This document shows, piece by piece, positions 29,416 to 39,644 of a DNA stretch of 64,000 nucleotides. This DNA comes from an uncultured cyanobacterium. GTDB taxonomy: Bacteria; Cyanobacteriota; Cyanobacteriia; Phormidesmidales; Phormidesmidaceae. The stretch covers positions 672,001 through 736,000 of the forward strand of contig CAWBZI010000002.1 of the NCBI GenBank assembly GCA_963793265.1, in the 5' to 3' direction. Position numbers and translations under genes: made by a program. A model generated the notes under the pieces. The model searched no databases. It was not told the origin of the DNA and worked only from the letters and a program-made list of their open reading frames with translations. Within the stretch, counting starts at the first letter, position 1. Each line of letters begins with the position of its first letter.

Positions 29416-29779
29416 CCGAGCAGAGGTATCAGAATCGCTCGCAGGCGCTCGCAGAAACGACACATGTAGAGTAGAAGACTCATCAACTCCTTAAAAAGTT
29501 CTTTTTTCCAAGAAACTTTTTTCAATTTACTGATGCAAACTGTATCAGATTGTCAGAGAAGATAGATATTCGCGAACAATTTCTTTATTGATTAGTCTCT
29601 TATCGCTGGCTATGTTGCACCATATCTATAGTTACTACAGATAACAAAGGTGTGTAAAAAGAGAGACTCTTAGCTGTGTAAATGCGGACACTAGCGCAGA
29701 ATTTCTGTCTTAATGTATCGGAGGTTCGTGCGTGAAGTTTCGACGGTTCAATAGTAGCGTTTGCGCAGTGAGGGGGCAC

Positions 29780-31504
29780 TTAGCGGATGCGGTAAAACCA
29801 TTTGGCTTGGTTGGGTGCTAGTTTTTGAGAGAAAACGCGATAGCATTGGCTTAATCCTGTCAACAACATTTGAAAGGGTATTGGGGAGATGGCCATTGAG
29901 CCTTCAATCCAGCGATCGCGAGTCGCCGCAGATTCAGCCTTAGCGCCCTGTATCAATCGCTTGGCAAACGCAGGCAGTTCCCATAGACGAATGGGCCTGG
30001 CGATCGCTCGATTTTTCATCGCCTGCTCATCCTGCTGCTCCTTCATATGTAGTGCTGCTTGCAAAGCTACCAGTGATCGCACATCCGCAGGCTTTGGATT
30101 GGCTAGAAACTTAACCGCGTTACGTATGGCATAGCGCTTGAGCATATCGAGGTGATGCTTGAGCGCAGGCGATCGCCCAAAAACAGCGGCGTAGTCCAGC
30201 AGTATCTCTCGATAGCTGATGAGTTCGTCCGCACTTGCAGCCGATAGGAACAACGACAATATCTGACGGTATTCAAATAGATAGACCATTCCCTCCGGTA
30301 GCTTAGAAGGGCTCATAGGGGCTTCTAAATAGGCCAGATACATTTGCCGTTGGTAGCTCACAGTCTGAGGCTGTTCGATTAGATTTAGTAGGCCGAAGTG
30401 AAGACCTTGAGACATATCAGTAATCGGCCAGTCCAGACGCCAGTCTATACCAACTGATGCTGAGAGGACTTGGCTACGATCGCTTTTCAACTCACCATCG
30501 GGTTGGTGATGAGGTATAGCAGCAGCGGGCTGAAGCGTCGGCAGCGCCTGAGAATCTGATTGTTGCCAGGCCCAAGCGATGTTTTGAGCGATCGCGAGCA
30601 GTCCTGAGTCTACAAAGTAAAGCTGCTGAACGCCTTCCTGCTGAGCCGTTGTCAGCACCCAGGCGACATAGCCTACGAGAAGAGGAGCAATCACGTCTGC
30701 GGCTAATGTGGCCCGCTCGCGGCTTTGAGCACCAAAGTCGTGCCGTAGCCTGACTGAACGACTAAGGCCGATAAGATGCGATCGCACCCAGTTATTACCG
30801 ACTAGCTCCGAACGAAAGCCCGTTTCGTACCGATTTGGCGCGCCTTGAGTAAAAAAGGTTGTTTGTACGCCTAGCCGCTGCGCGCCGCGAATGTCGGCGT
30901 AGATACTATCACCTGTGTGATGAAGCTGGTTTAGCTCCAGGCCGTGCTCGTCGCAGGCATAGGCAAACAGTCGTCCGCTCCCTTTGCTCAAGCCCGTATC
31001 AGAAGAAACGTACACGCTATCTTCACCATTTGTAAACCCGTGCTCTATCAGCATTTGACGAATCACAGAGCCCGGTAGGTACATATCGGAAATGAATATA
31101 ATTTGGTGGCCCTGCAATCGCAGCCGCCTGACACGGCGCTGGGTGTTCACAATCGGACTCACTGCTGATAGCTCCACCTCTATTTCTTCGGCTGCTGCTT
31201 GGGCTGGGCTGATGCCGTAGGGCTGCAAGCTCGGTGCGAGGGTTTGGTAGATTTCGGTCAGGGTGATGTCGTCGCGGGTGGAGCGATCGCGCGTGGAGCG
31301 TTCGGCCCCGATTCGCGATCGCGCTAACGCCTTGGCAGTGGTTTCTAGCGCTTGAGTAGATAGCCCTTTACCCGTCAGCAGTTTTGTAAACAACAGCTCA
31401 AACAGATCGGCAGGCTGCGCGCAATAGCGCGTGATGCAGGTGTCGAATACGTCGAAGGAGAACGTTTTGGGCTTAGATTGCTTAGCAGAGAGTGAGCTGG
31501 GCAC
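29780..31504 (-). CDS. HAD-superfamily phosphatase (polysaccharide-associated type) with degenerate C-terminal domain
   Basis: FSFDVFDT (motif I), ISDMY (II), SKGSG (III), HTGDSIYAD (IV). Confidence 0.85.
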   Translation of the reverse strand: MPSSLSAKQSKPKTFSFDVFDTCITRYCAQPADLFELLFTKLLTGKGLSTQALETTAKALARSRIGAERSTRDRSTRDDITLTEIYQTLAPSLQPYGISPAQAAAEEIEVELSAVSPIVNTQRRVRRLRLQGHQIIFISDMYLPGSVIRQMLIEHGFTNGEDSVYVSSDTGLSKGSGRLFAYACDEHGLELNQLHHTGDSIYADIRGAQRLGVQTTFFTQGAPNRYETGFRSELVGNNWVRSHLIGLSRSVRLRHDFGAQSRERATLAADVIAPLLVGYVAWVLTTAQQEGVQQLYFVDSGLLAIAQNIAWAWQQSDSQALPTLQPAAAIPHHQPDGELKSDRSQVLSASVGIDWRLDWPITDMSQGLHFGLLNLIEQPQTVSYQRQMYLAYLEAPMSPSKLPEGMVYLFEYRQILSLFLSAASADELISYREILLDYAAVFGRSPALKHHLDMLKRYAIRNAVKFLANPKPADVRSLVALQAALHMKEQQDEQAMKNRAIARPIRLWELPAFAKRLIQGAKAESAATRDRWIEGSMAISPIPFQMLLTGLSQCYRVFSQKLAPNQAKWFYRIR

Positions 31505-31793
31505 GGGTGATTGTACCGGCTTTGAATCACAAAAGCAGGATAGAAGGATTAAACCAGATACAGCGGTTAAAGCCTAAGACCAGGAAGAATATCTTTCCAG
31601 GCAATAGAGGCAGGTGCTGAGCCAGGGAGAAAGCCTCGTAGCTGAGAGATGATCTTAAAGCGGGCGATCGCACTGACCACCGCGCGAATTTGCCAAAGTC
31701 CCCGGTCTTTTCTAGGTTGAGCGATCGCCGCAACAGGCACCGTCAGATAGTAGTCACACTGGTTACACAGCCATAAAACGTGCGACTGCTTGC

Positions 31794-31976
31794 TCAACAC
31801 ATCTCGAAAGACTCATTGTTTCGTTCTGCAGCCTCACAGGCTTGAATTGCATTGGTAAGATCGTCTTTGAGTCGGGCTAAGGGAAACGCATAGGCTGAAG
31901 AAATTTCTGAATTGGCGGCGATCGCTTCTACAACCCTATCTAGGTAATCTCGGGCAGTTTGCAAATTAGGCGACAT
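31794..31976 (-). CDS. small hypothetical protein
   Basis: MSPNLQTARDYLDRVVEAIAANSEISSAYAFPLARLKDDLTNAIQACEAAERNNESFEMC; helical amphipathic pattern, co-oriented with neighbours. Confidence 0.45.
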   Translation of the reverse strand: MSPNLQTARDYLDRVVEAIAANSEISSAYAFPLARLKDDLTNAIQACEAAERNNESFEMC

Positions 31977-32002
31977 AGACAAAAGCATCATAAACAACAA
32001 TC

Positions 32003-33376
32003 CTAAAAGAACAAATACCGCTTCAGCGTGTATAAAAAATGAAGCCCCGGCACCCGAATCAGCCGCAGACTCCCCGCATTCCACGACGCAGACTGAAACA
32101 TCCCCTTAGCCGCCTTCAAATTCCCCGACTTTAGCTGCGCCCAAAGCTCATCCGGCTTCAGCGCCAGCCCTCGCACCGTATCCTCGCCCATATCTTCGGC
32201 GTGCTGCCCTAGCCGATGGGCCACCTGATACGCCTCTTGATAGGTTGGAAAGGCAATATGGCGCGTAATTAGCCCTTGCACAAAAGGCTTGCCCGTCACC
32301 GCCTCAAAAGATTGTTCTTTCATCCTCCGCGCATACTTGTAGGCAAAGTCTAAAGCGCCCTGCTGCATCACCGCAATTGAAGCATTAGCCCCCACTTCTT
32401 CCTGACGAGAAAGCGTATTGTCAGACTTAAAAACAGGTCGAACTCTGCCGGTTTCATCGCGCTCATAGCCTCTCGTCGATGCATGGGGAGCCCCTGCCCC
32501 TTTCTCGAACATCTCAATACAGCCATTCGCGCTTTCTCCGTTGATATTGCGATCGCGATGATCAAAAATAAGCCCGTTAGAAAACGACCCTGAATACTTC
32601 AAAAACGTCTTAAACTCACGACGGCCAAAATAAAGCCCGTGCAGCAGCGGAAACTCAGGCAGATGGTTATAGGCTCTCACCAAGCTATCTTGAATCGTCC
32701 CGTCCCACCCGATATCAACCAGCGCCACCTTACGCCCCTCGCCCCAAAAACCGCACTGACCCAGGTAGTCGTACAGATCGCGATGTACCCTTTGGTGATG
32801 CGCTCTAAACGCTGACTGCACATCATCATCATTCAAAAACGCCAGTAGCTTTTGGTCGTTCCAATACTCCAATATTGGCTGCTTCATATCGATGCCAAAG
32901 GCTTCAGCATGGGGCTCAAAAGCCTCTACCGGCAAACCGGCAAACTTCAGCGCACTCCACAGTCCTTGCTGCCAGGGCTTATCGGTAGAAAGAACAATCT
33001 CGCGCGTTGTGAGCTGAGGGGAAGATGCTAAAAACGTAGACACCCGCGACATGTAGGCATATGAGGTCGTTGCCTCAATGCCAACTGGCATAGAGCCCTT
33101 TAAGATCTCGTATATTTTCTCGAATAAGTAGCCTTCGCGAGCAACAAACAATACATGGTCAATGCCGCATCGATGAATGCGCTCTAAAACTTGGTGAATA
33201 TAAACGCTGTAGGCCATGCCAAGGAATTCGTAGCCATAGGCATAGAGCACGTCTGAACGTTCTAAAATGTCCTGATGCTCAGCAACGCACTGCTCGTACA
33301 AAGCCGCACCCTGCCAAAATTGAGAGGGCTCAGCTTGGGTGCTAAGCAGCTTCGAGGCCATAAGGGTCATAAGCAT
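32003..33376 (-). CDS. PRTase-like protein resembling the glycan phosphoribosyltransferase domain of HAD-fused ribofuranosyltransferases
   Basis: VLFVAREGY, YMSR, VALVDIGWDGTIQ (PRPP-loop-like), GLYFG, APHAST.GY. Confidence 0.7.
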   Translation of the reverse strand: MLMTLMASKLLSTQAEPSQFWQGAALYEQCVAEHQDILERSDVLYAYGYEFLGMAYSVYIHQVLERIHRCGIDHVLFVAREGYLFEKIYEILKGSMPVGIEATTSYAYMSRVSTFLASSPQLTTREIVLSTDKPWQQGLWSALKFAGLPVEAFEPHAEAFGIDMKQPILEYWNDQKLLAFLNDDDVQSAFRAHHQRVHRDLYDYLGQCGFWGEGRKVALVDIGWDGTIQDSLVRAYNHLPEFPLLHGLYFGRREFKTFLKYSGSFSNGLIFDHRDRNINGESANGCIEMFEKGAGAPHASTRGYERDETGRVRPVFKSDNTLSRQEEVGANASIAVMQQGALDFAYKYARRMKEQSFEAVTGKPFVQGLITRHIAFPTYQEAYQVAHRLGQHAEDMGEDTVRGLALKPDELWAQLKSGNLKAAKGMFQSASWNAGSLRLIRVPGLHFLYTLKRYLFF

Positions 33377-33444
33377 AGGCAGTGTATAAAACAGCTCAGT
33401 GCTTTATCTATTCACAAACTTTCTACACAGACCGGATTAAAACG

Positions 33445-34149
33445 TCAGGATAATTCGGCGGAAATCGCCCACTTCACGGCGGCAGCAGCATGAATCTCGG
33501 TGGTATCAAATAAAGGAACCGGGCTGTCTTCAGGCTTTACCAGCAGCCCGATTTCTGTACAGCCTAAGATGATGGCCTCTGCCCCAGAGTTGACTAAGTT
33601 TTGAATGATGATGCGATAGCGATCGCGCGACCCCTGCCGAATATCTCCCAGGCAAAGCTCATCATAAATAACGTCGTGCACCAAATCACGCTCTTCCCCA
33701 TTCGGCACCTGCACTGCCAAATCGTGCTGGTAAATTAGCCGGTCTTTGTAAAAAGACTCTTCCATCGTGAACCGAGTGCCGAGCAAGCCAATGCGACTCA
33801 CGCCCTTTTGCTTAACCGCCTCAGCGGTGGCATCGGCAATGTGGATGAGTGGAATCGTAGTAGAAAGCGTAATCGTATCAGCCACCTTATGAATGGTATT
33901 AGTCGCTAGCACGATGCACTCAGCCCCACCCTTCTCTAACCCAGCAGCAGCGGCACCTAAAATCCGCCCAATTTTAGACCAGTCGCCTCTATGCTTAAGC
34001 GCTACTATCTCTTCAAAATCGACCGAATACATCAGAATTTTGGCAGAGTGCAGCCCGCCCAGCTCCGCCTTTACCATTTGATTGAGCAAACGGTAGTACT
34101 CAGCCGTCGATTCCCAGCTCATACCGCCCAGCAGTCCAATTGTCTTCAT
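33445..34149 (-). CDS. aspartate/glutamate racemase family protein
   Basis: IGLLGGMSWESTAEYY, LATNT, LLGTRFTM, ILGCTEI. Confidence 0.95.
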   Translation of the reverse strand: MKTIGLLGGMSWESTAEYYRLLNQMVKAELGGLHSAKILMYSVDFEEIVALKHRGDWSKIGRILGAAAAGLEKGGAECIVLATNTIHKVADTITLSTTIPLIHIADATAEAVKQKGVSRIGLLGTRFTMEESFYKDRLIYQHDLAVQVPNGEERDLVHDVIYDELCLGDIRQGSRDRYRIIIQNLVNSGAEAIILGCTEIGLLVKPEDSPVPLFDTTEIHAAAAVKWAISAELS

Positions 34150-34173
34150 AGAAAATCCCAGCCCTATAGAGCA

Positions 34174-34458
34174 TCAAGCTTTGCTTTGAAACTTATCTTG
34201 CAGCTTTTGGTACCACAGCGCGTTTCCGGCAACCGTTAGCACGAGCGCAACGCCACCACCGATTACCGCCATTCTCGGGTTATAGCCACTTCTGCCGAGC
34301 GTTTCTATCCAGGTCGCGGTTAGATCAGAAGGATTGAAGGTGTTGGCAGCAGCAGGTACTAAATAGATCAGCGCTGCGCCGACAATGAGCCAGCCCGCCA
34401 TTGAGGAGAGTAAAAAGATAGCTTTTGCTTGGGATAGACCTTTAGAGGGGGCAGCCAT
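34174..34458 (-). CDS. conserved hypothetical membrane protein
   Basis: 94 aa, two TM segments. Confidence 0.7.
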   Translation of the reverse strand: MAAPSKGLSQAKAIFLLSSMAGWLIVGAALIYLVPAAANTFNPSDLTATWIETLGRSGYNPRMAVIGGGVALVLTVAGNALWYQKLQDKFQSKA

Positions 34459-34519
34459 AGGAATTTATTAAGGTTGAGATTTGAAGCAATTGCTATTTAA
34501 AGTACCACGGCAAAATTGC

Positions 34520-35047
34520 TTATAGCGTGACAATGAAGCTATCGGGATGGTGGAAGTCGGCCTTAGTTGTTGGATGTGCGATCGCCCAAAAACTCTCTTC
34601 ACCGCCTGTAATAACCACCGCACTCACGCCCAGCCGCACAAGCTTCGAGATATCCACTAGCTCGCTTACATCAACCGATATCTTCAACCGCAGATCGTCT
34701 GCCGAAGATTGCACTGTGAAAGGCAGCTTAGAGAAAGCCGTTTCTTCTTTTAATCCCTGTCGGTAGCCCGAGAGCGCAAACACATTCCAATCACCCGATG
34801 GGGATAAGTTGAACTCCCAGTAAGGCGAGGTGTCTTGAGTCAAAAAGAACTCAAAGCAGGTTTGCTCCCAAAGGCGATCGCGTCTTTGTTTTGTGGCACT
34901 AGGCGGTTCAACAGTGGCCTCTGTTAAGTCGCCCGAGAGCATATAGACCAGAGATAGGAGATTGTGTGATCGCTCTACTGATACCTGAAGGGATAGTTCG
35001 GTGGTGCGATCACTCCTCTCAAACGGCTGCAAAACAAACTCTTTCAT
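34520..35047 (-). CDS. DOMON-like domain protein
   Basis: RRDRLWEQTCFEFF, YWEFNLSPSGDWN, FWAIAHP..ADFH; start overlaps the kinase stop (ATGA). Confidence 0.85.
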   Translation of the reverse strand: MKEFVLQPFERSDRTTELSLQVSVERSHNLLSLVYMLSGDLTEATVEPPSATKQRRDRLWEQTCFEFFLTQDTSPYWEFNLSPSGDWNVFALSGYRQGLKEETAFSKLPFTVQSSADDLRLKISVDVSELVDISKLVRLGVSAVVITGGEESFWAIAHPTTKADFHHPDSFIVTL

Positions 35048-36156
35048 CGCAGCCCTTTAATAATGGCCTGAAGCACCTCGGCCTGCTGCTCAATACTTTC
35101 CGTCAGCTTGAACTGCACCAGCGCCCGGCTCAAATTGTGTGTTGGATGCTTCACCTTAAAGTAAACATCACCCGCCAGATAGTCTGTAAAAAACCGCAGC
35201 CCCAGCTCAAACGCAATCAACCGAATCGCGTCATATAAGTAGTCGTAGTCTTTCTCAGTCAAAAAATCACTGGCCAAAGACAAATACCCTTGTAGCATGG
35301 CCCGCGCCAAATCCACATCAAAAACAACCTGCGCCCAGTCCTCCGTTTCCTCACCCAGCGGGTTACACCCCGAGCGCAAGCAGTCGCCAATATCGTAGTG
35401 AACTAGCCCCGGCTTTAGCGTGTCTAAGTCAATCAAACTCACCGCCTCACCGTTCGCGCCCATCATAATGTTGTTCACCTTCGGATCGCCGTGAATAGGC
35501 CGAAGCTGCAAATCACCGGCTGCCTTTGCGTTTTCGAGCACGTGAGCCCATTCCTTACGCGCTTCTACAAATGCCAAACAAAAGCTTGCCTGCTCGTTTT
35601 GAAGCCCATCTTCAACGTTCATCCCTTGCCGCACTCGCTCGTACTCAGCGATATAGGTCGGCGTAATGTGAAAGCCCGGCAGCGTATCGGCAAGCTTTTC
35701 AGCAGGCAGCGTACTAATAGAGCTGTGGAACATCGCTAAGCCGTAGCCTACTTCCTTAGCGTGGGCGATACTTTCGACCGTATCAAATACGTGAGAGTCT
35801 TCAATAAAGCTAATCGCTCGCCAGTATCCGCCCGCGTTATCTACCCAGAAGTTTCTGCCCTGCTGCGTCGGTAAAATCTGCGGCGTTTCCCATCGCCGGG
35901 ACGACTGAGCTTTTGATGATTGCAGATGCTCGCTTAGCACCGCCATGTTTTGAATGACTAGCTCCGGCTGAAGAAATACCTGCGTATTGATCTTTTGAAG
36001 CACAAACCGCTCGGCTGAGCTGCCGGTGGGCGAAAGTGTTACTAAAAAAGTGCTGTTGATGTTGCCGTTGCCGAGGGGATCAACTGCTCTAATGATGTTT
36101 TGGTTGGCGAAGTTTTGTGCGATCGCCCACAGCTCAGAATCCGAATTAACTCCCAT
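35044..36156 (-). CDS. APH/choline-kinase-fold phosphotransferase (N-acetylhexosamine kinase-like)
   Basis: LGNGNINST, FVLQKIN, IHGDPKVNNI, IDLDT, ELGLRFFTDYL. Confidence 0.9.
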   Translation of the reverse strand: MGVNSDSELWAIAQNFANQNIIRAVDPLGNGNINSTFLVTLSPTGSSAERFVLQKINTQVFLQPELVIQNMAVLSEHLQSSKAQSSRRWETPQILPTQQGRNFWVDNAGGYWRAISFIEDSHVFDTVESIAHAKEVGYGLAMFHSSISTLPAEKLADTLPGFHITPTYIAEYERVRQGMNVEDGLQNEQASFCLAFVEARKEWAHVLENAKAAGDLQLRPIHGDPKVNNIMMGANGEAVSLIDLDTLKPGLVHYDIGDCLRSGCNPLGEETEDWAQVVFDVDLARAMLQGYLSLASDFLTEKDYDYLYDAIRLIAFELGLRFFTDYLAGDVYFKVKHPTHNLSRALVQFKLTESIEQQAEVLQAIIKGLR

Positions 36157-36177
36157 ATTTGCTCTCTTATCTGGCCT

Positions 36178-36969
36178 CTACAGCGAACTCGAATTCAAAC
36201 TTTCAGCCTCTTCCGGCGTCTGCGGAATATGAATACCACATTCCTGCTTGAGCCCATTAAACCGAGTCGCCCGCCCGTCCTTATCATCTGCGCTCAGCGG
36301 CCTGCTAGAGTGTGCATCGCCCACGCTCACATAGCCCTCAGTCCACAGCGGATGATACGGCAGATCGTTCGCCTTCAGGTACATGTACACGTCCCGAGAA
36401 GACCAGTTCAGAATTGGCAGTAGCTTGTAGCGATCGCCCTGCGTCTCAATCCGATTCAGCGTCTTCCGATGGTCAGTTTGCTTAGCCCTCAGCCCCGTCA
36501 GCCAGGCCGTCGCCTTCAGCTCATCTAAGGCTCGCTGCATCGGCTCCACCTTACGAATGCGATCGTACTGATTAAACGCCTCCACCGTGCCCTTCTCCCA
36601 CAGCCGCCCATACAGCGCCTCCATCCGCGCCGGACTCATTGGCGACTGATACACCTTAATATTCAGCGACAAACGCTTAATTAGCTTTTCAGCGAAGCGA
36701 TAGGTTTCAACCGGCAGATACCCCGTATCCACCCAAATCACGGGCACATCCGGCACCACGCTCGTCACCAGCCCCAGCATCACCGCCGACTGAATGCCAA
36801 AGCTCGTGCTCATCACCATCCCTTTCCCAAAGGTTTTATCCCCCCACTCAATCAGCTCAAGCGCCTCGGCCTGGTCAAATTTTTGATTAAGTGAGGTTAG
36901 ATCGAGCTGATTGACACGCTGGTTCTGTGGTTTTCTGGTTTCTTTAAGACGTGGTGATGCGCTGGTCAT
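36178..36969 (-). CDS. cysH: phosphoadenylyl-sulfate (PAPS) reductase
   Basis: [27 protein letters not shown]-terminal ECGIH. Confidence 0.95.
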   Translation of the reverse strand: MTSASPRLKETRKPQNQRVNQLDLTSLNQKFDQAEALELIEWGDKTFGKGMVMSTSFGIQSAVMLGLVTSVVPDVPVIWVDTGYLPVETYRFAEKLIKRLSLNIKVYQSPMSPARMEALYGRLWEKGTVEAFNQYDRIRKVEPMQRALDELKATAWLTGLRAKQTDHRKTLNRIETQGDRYKLLPILNWSSRDVYMYLKANDLPYHPLWTEGYVSVGDAHSSRPLSADDKDGRATRFNGLKQECGIHIPQTPEEAESLNSSSL

Positions 36970-37052
36970 AGGGAAAAGTCCCGCTCCCATCTGTATCATT
37001 TAGGCTGCAAACATATAGCTTCCCATGTTCGGCTAAGTAAGTGAAGATGCCA

Positions 37053-37469
37053 TCACTCCATATCCACATTCTTTCGGGTTGCTTTTAGCTGCGATCGCTT
37101 CTTCTTACCCTCTAACCGCCGCCGCTTAGATCCCTTCGTCGGCTTTGTCGGCTTTCGCCTTTTTGGCCGCGCCGCTGCGGCCTTCACCATCTCCTGCAAC
37201 CGGCTCAGCGCCTCCTCCCGATTTCGCGCCTGAGAGCGATGCTCCTGCGCCTTAATCACAATCACCCCATCTTTCGTCAGCCTTTTATCACGCGAAGCTA
37301 ACAGCCGCCGCTTGTAATAGTCAGGCAGCGACGACGCCTCCACATCAAATCGCAAGTGAATTGCAGTCTCCACTTTATTCACGTTCTGCCCACCCGAGCC
37401 ACCCGAACGCATTGCATTCATTTCGATCTCACTATCTGGGATCGAAACCATACCTGAGATTTTTAGCAT
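37053..37469 (-). CDS. arfB: alternative ribosome rescue peptidyl-tRNA hydrolase
   Basis: GGQNVNKV, RSQARNR, basic C-terminal tail. Confidence 0.95.
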   Translation of the reverse strand: MLKISGMVSIPDSEIEMNAMRSGGSGGQNVNKVETAIHLRFDVEASSLPDYYKRRLLASRDKRLTKDGVIVIKAQEHRSQARNREEALSRLQEMVKAAAARPKRRKPTKPTKGSKRRRLEGKKKRSQLKATRKNVDME

Positions 37470-37542
37470 CGAAAAAAGGCCACAGTCATCACATTTAGGC
37501 TAACAGGCTTAAGATAGAGCAATTCAGTCAAGATTCAACTTT

Positions 37543-38100
37543 ATGATTGCTGCTTTTCAACCACAGCAAATGACCGTCGAAGAATATTTGGCGTGGGAGC
37601 CCCTGCAAGAGCTTCGCTACGAGTATTGCGATGGTCAGGTTTTTGTAATGGCGGGCGGCACAAAAACCCACGATAAGCTTTCATTTAACTTAAGGCGATT
37701 GCTTGCAGATCGCGTTGAAGAAAAAGACTGCGATATGACCGGCTCCGACGTGAAAGTGCTGGTTGAAGAAGGAGACACCTATCGGTATCCTGATCTTGCG
37801 ATAAGCTGCGATGAGCGTGACAAACGCAACGATACTTTCTATGAGTTTCCGGTGCTCATCGTAGAAGTTCTTTCGCCAGGAACAGAGAGTAAAGATCGAA
37901 TAGAAAAATTCAAAGAGTACATTCAAATTTCAACGCTACAGGAGTACGTATTCATCAGCACTAACGAGGTTAAGGCGGAGTGCTACCGACGCGGCGAAGG
38001 CCGGATGTGGCTGTACTTTCAGTATTACGCTGATGAAATAGTTGAGCTTGAAAGCGTAGGCGCTAAGGTACCTGTCGAGCTGATTTACCGAAATATTTAG
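37543..38100 (+). CDS. Uma2 family (PD-(D/E)XK) endonuclease
   Basis: MTVEEYL..RYEY..MAGG..YPD..LIVEVLSPGT..K..EY. Confidence 0.92.
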   Translation: MIAAFQPQQMTVEEYLAWEPLQELRYEYCDGQVFVMAGGTKTHDKLSFNLRRLLADRVEEKDCDMTGSDVKVLVEEGDTYRYPDLAISCDERDKRNDTFYEFPVLIVEVLSPGTESKDRIEKFKEYIQISTLQEYVFISTNEVKAECYRRGEGRMWLYFQYYADEIVELESVGAKVPVELIYRNI

Positions 38101-38127
38101 AGGCCCTTATTTAATAGATCAAAGCTT

Positions 38128-38745
38128 ATGGAAGAAATAGAAAAGCAAAAGAGTTCTGCTAGGCAGCGCGCAGATGAGATAAAAGAGTACAGGTGCAAGA
38201 ATTTAATCGCTGTGATTGAAGAGCCGCGTGATATTAAGAACATTGGCACCATCATAAGGAACGTGAACGCTCTAGGCGTAGAAAAGGCTTACGTTATAGA
38301 CCCGAAGAAAGCGTTACCCGACGATTGGCAAGAGATGAGAGAGCAGCGATCGCTCTCAAAGACTTCCGTATCTGCAATCAAGTGGAGCTTTGTCAAAAGA
38401 TTCGATAGCACCAAAGAGTGCATTGACCATCTAGAACAGAACGGCTTTGTATCTATCGTGACTTCGCCACACGTAAAGGGCGCTAAAAACGCTGTTTTAG
38501 ACGAAGCCGACTACACTACTTACACTAAGTTAGCCGTATGGTTTGGCAATGAAGCTAGAGGCATCAGCGATCTTGCTGTAGAGCACAGCGATATGTGCGT
38601 AAGCATTCCTATGTTTGGCATGATTGAGAGTCTCAATTTAGGCACCACATCAGGAATAGTCTTGTACGAAGTGACAAAGCAGCGCCGTGAGTATCAGCGT
38701 AAGTATCAGTGGAGAAATAACAGAGGATTGAAAGTTGATGTCTGA
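38128..38745 (+). CDS. TrmH/SpoU family RNA methyltransferase
   Basis: NIGTIIRN, FGNEARGIS, IPMFGMIESLNL. Confidence 0.9.
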   Translation: MEEIEKQKSSARQRADEIKEYRCKNLIAVIEEPRDIKNIGTIIRNVNALGVEKAYVIDPKKALPDDWQEMREQRSLSKTSVSAIKWSFVKRFDSTKECIDHLEQNGFVSIVTSPHVKGAKNAVLDEADYTTYTKLAVWFGNEARGISDLAVEHSDMCVSIPMFGMIESLNLGTTSGIVLYEVTKQRREYQRKYQWRNNRGLKVDV

Positions 38746-38919
38746 CCGACTGGTACATGGGGTCACTTCTTATGGCACTCAATTATGCCAGGGAGCAAGT
38801 TTATCGGGCGCTCAATGCCGTATACGATGTCAGAACTGTCTGCGCTAGAAACGATATTGATTTAGATGCACGTTTGCCCGTCCGCAGACGTACTAGAACC
38901 TGAAGACATCTGTCTTATC

Positions 38920-39168
38920 ATGATTCAACCTGGCAGCATAGTAAGATTCGCAAGAATGCCCAAGTGGGTTGTCAAGCTCCCCGACGAGAGCCGTTGCGTT
39001 TTTGAGTTTTGCTTCGGACGCACGTATCGCATTGAGGCGATTGACGAACAAGGTTTGTTTGTACTTGACGTGAGTGCTGATGTTGATGAGCGCTTCGGAG
39101 GTTTCATGAATGACATCTGGTTAGAGGCAGAGTTTCTGGATGTATTGGATGAGTACACTGCGAGCTAA
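38920..39168 (+). CDS. hypothetical protein
   Basis: MIQPGSIVRF..FCFGRTYRIEAIDEQGLFVLDV..IWLEAEFL; start uncertain. Confidence 0.6.
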   Translation: MIQPGSIVRFARMPKWVVKLPDESRCVFEFCFGRTYRIEAIDEQGLFVLDVSADVDERFGGFMNDIWLEAEFLDVLDEYTAS

Positions 39169-39314
39169 TCACTTGAGCTGCAACGAACCCAATGATCGCG
39201 TCGTGGGTTTGCTTCACCATCCTGTGATCTAGATTGGGATAGCTTTGAATTTTCGCAGAGCAGCTATGTGCCTGCTATTATTGCGATAGCTCCTTATAGC
39301 TTTAATAAGCACCT

Positions 39315-39644
39315 ATGTCTTTAGCCATCGCCCTCGAACCTACACCTATAGCAACAGATACTGATGGCGTTGTTCGAGTAGCCAAAACTCGGGTGACTTT
39401 AGATACTGTTGTATCTGCTTTTCTTGAGGGCTGTACGCCTGAGGAAATAGGTGAACAGTATCCATCTCTACAGCTTTCAGATGTCTACTGGGTCATTGGT
39501 TACTATCTCAGGCACCGAAATGAAGTGAATGCCTACATAGCAGATCGTCAAAGGCAAGCAGATGAGATTCGGCGCGAGACAGAGCAGCAATTTAATCCAA
39601 TAGGTTTACGCGATCGCCTACTTGCGAGACAAGATCAAGCATAG
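39315..39644 (+). CDS. DUF433 family antitoxin
   Basis: GVVRVAKTRVTLDTVV..GCTPEEI..YPSL.LSDVY..I.YYL. Confidence 0.9.
   Translation: MSLAIALEPTPIATDTDGVVRVAKTRVTLDTVVSAFLEGCTPEEIGEQYPSLQLSDVYWVIGYYLRHRNEVNAYIADRQRQADEIRRETEQQFNPIGLRDRLLARQDQA

Noticed and set aside
31527..31800. ORFs 31567-31800 and 31527-31733
   Set aside because: Overlapping alternative frames with no recognisable motifs; cannot support either as a gene
37543..38100. Uma2 nuclease as a defence system
   Set aside because: Uma2 genes are highly multicopy in cyanobacteria, and no methyltransferase or other defence partner is adjacent
38739..38903. Short ORFs between the TrmH-like gene and the next hypothetical (e.g. MGSLLMALNYAREQ...)
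   Set aside because: Under 50 aa, no motif or clear RBS; unsupported
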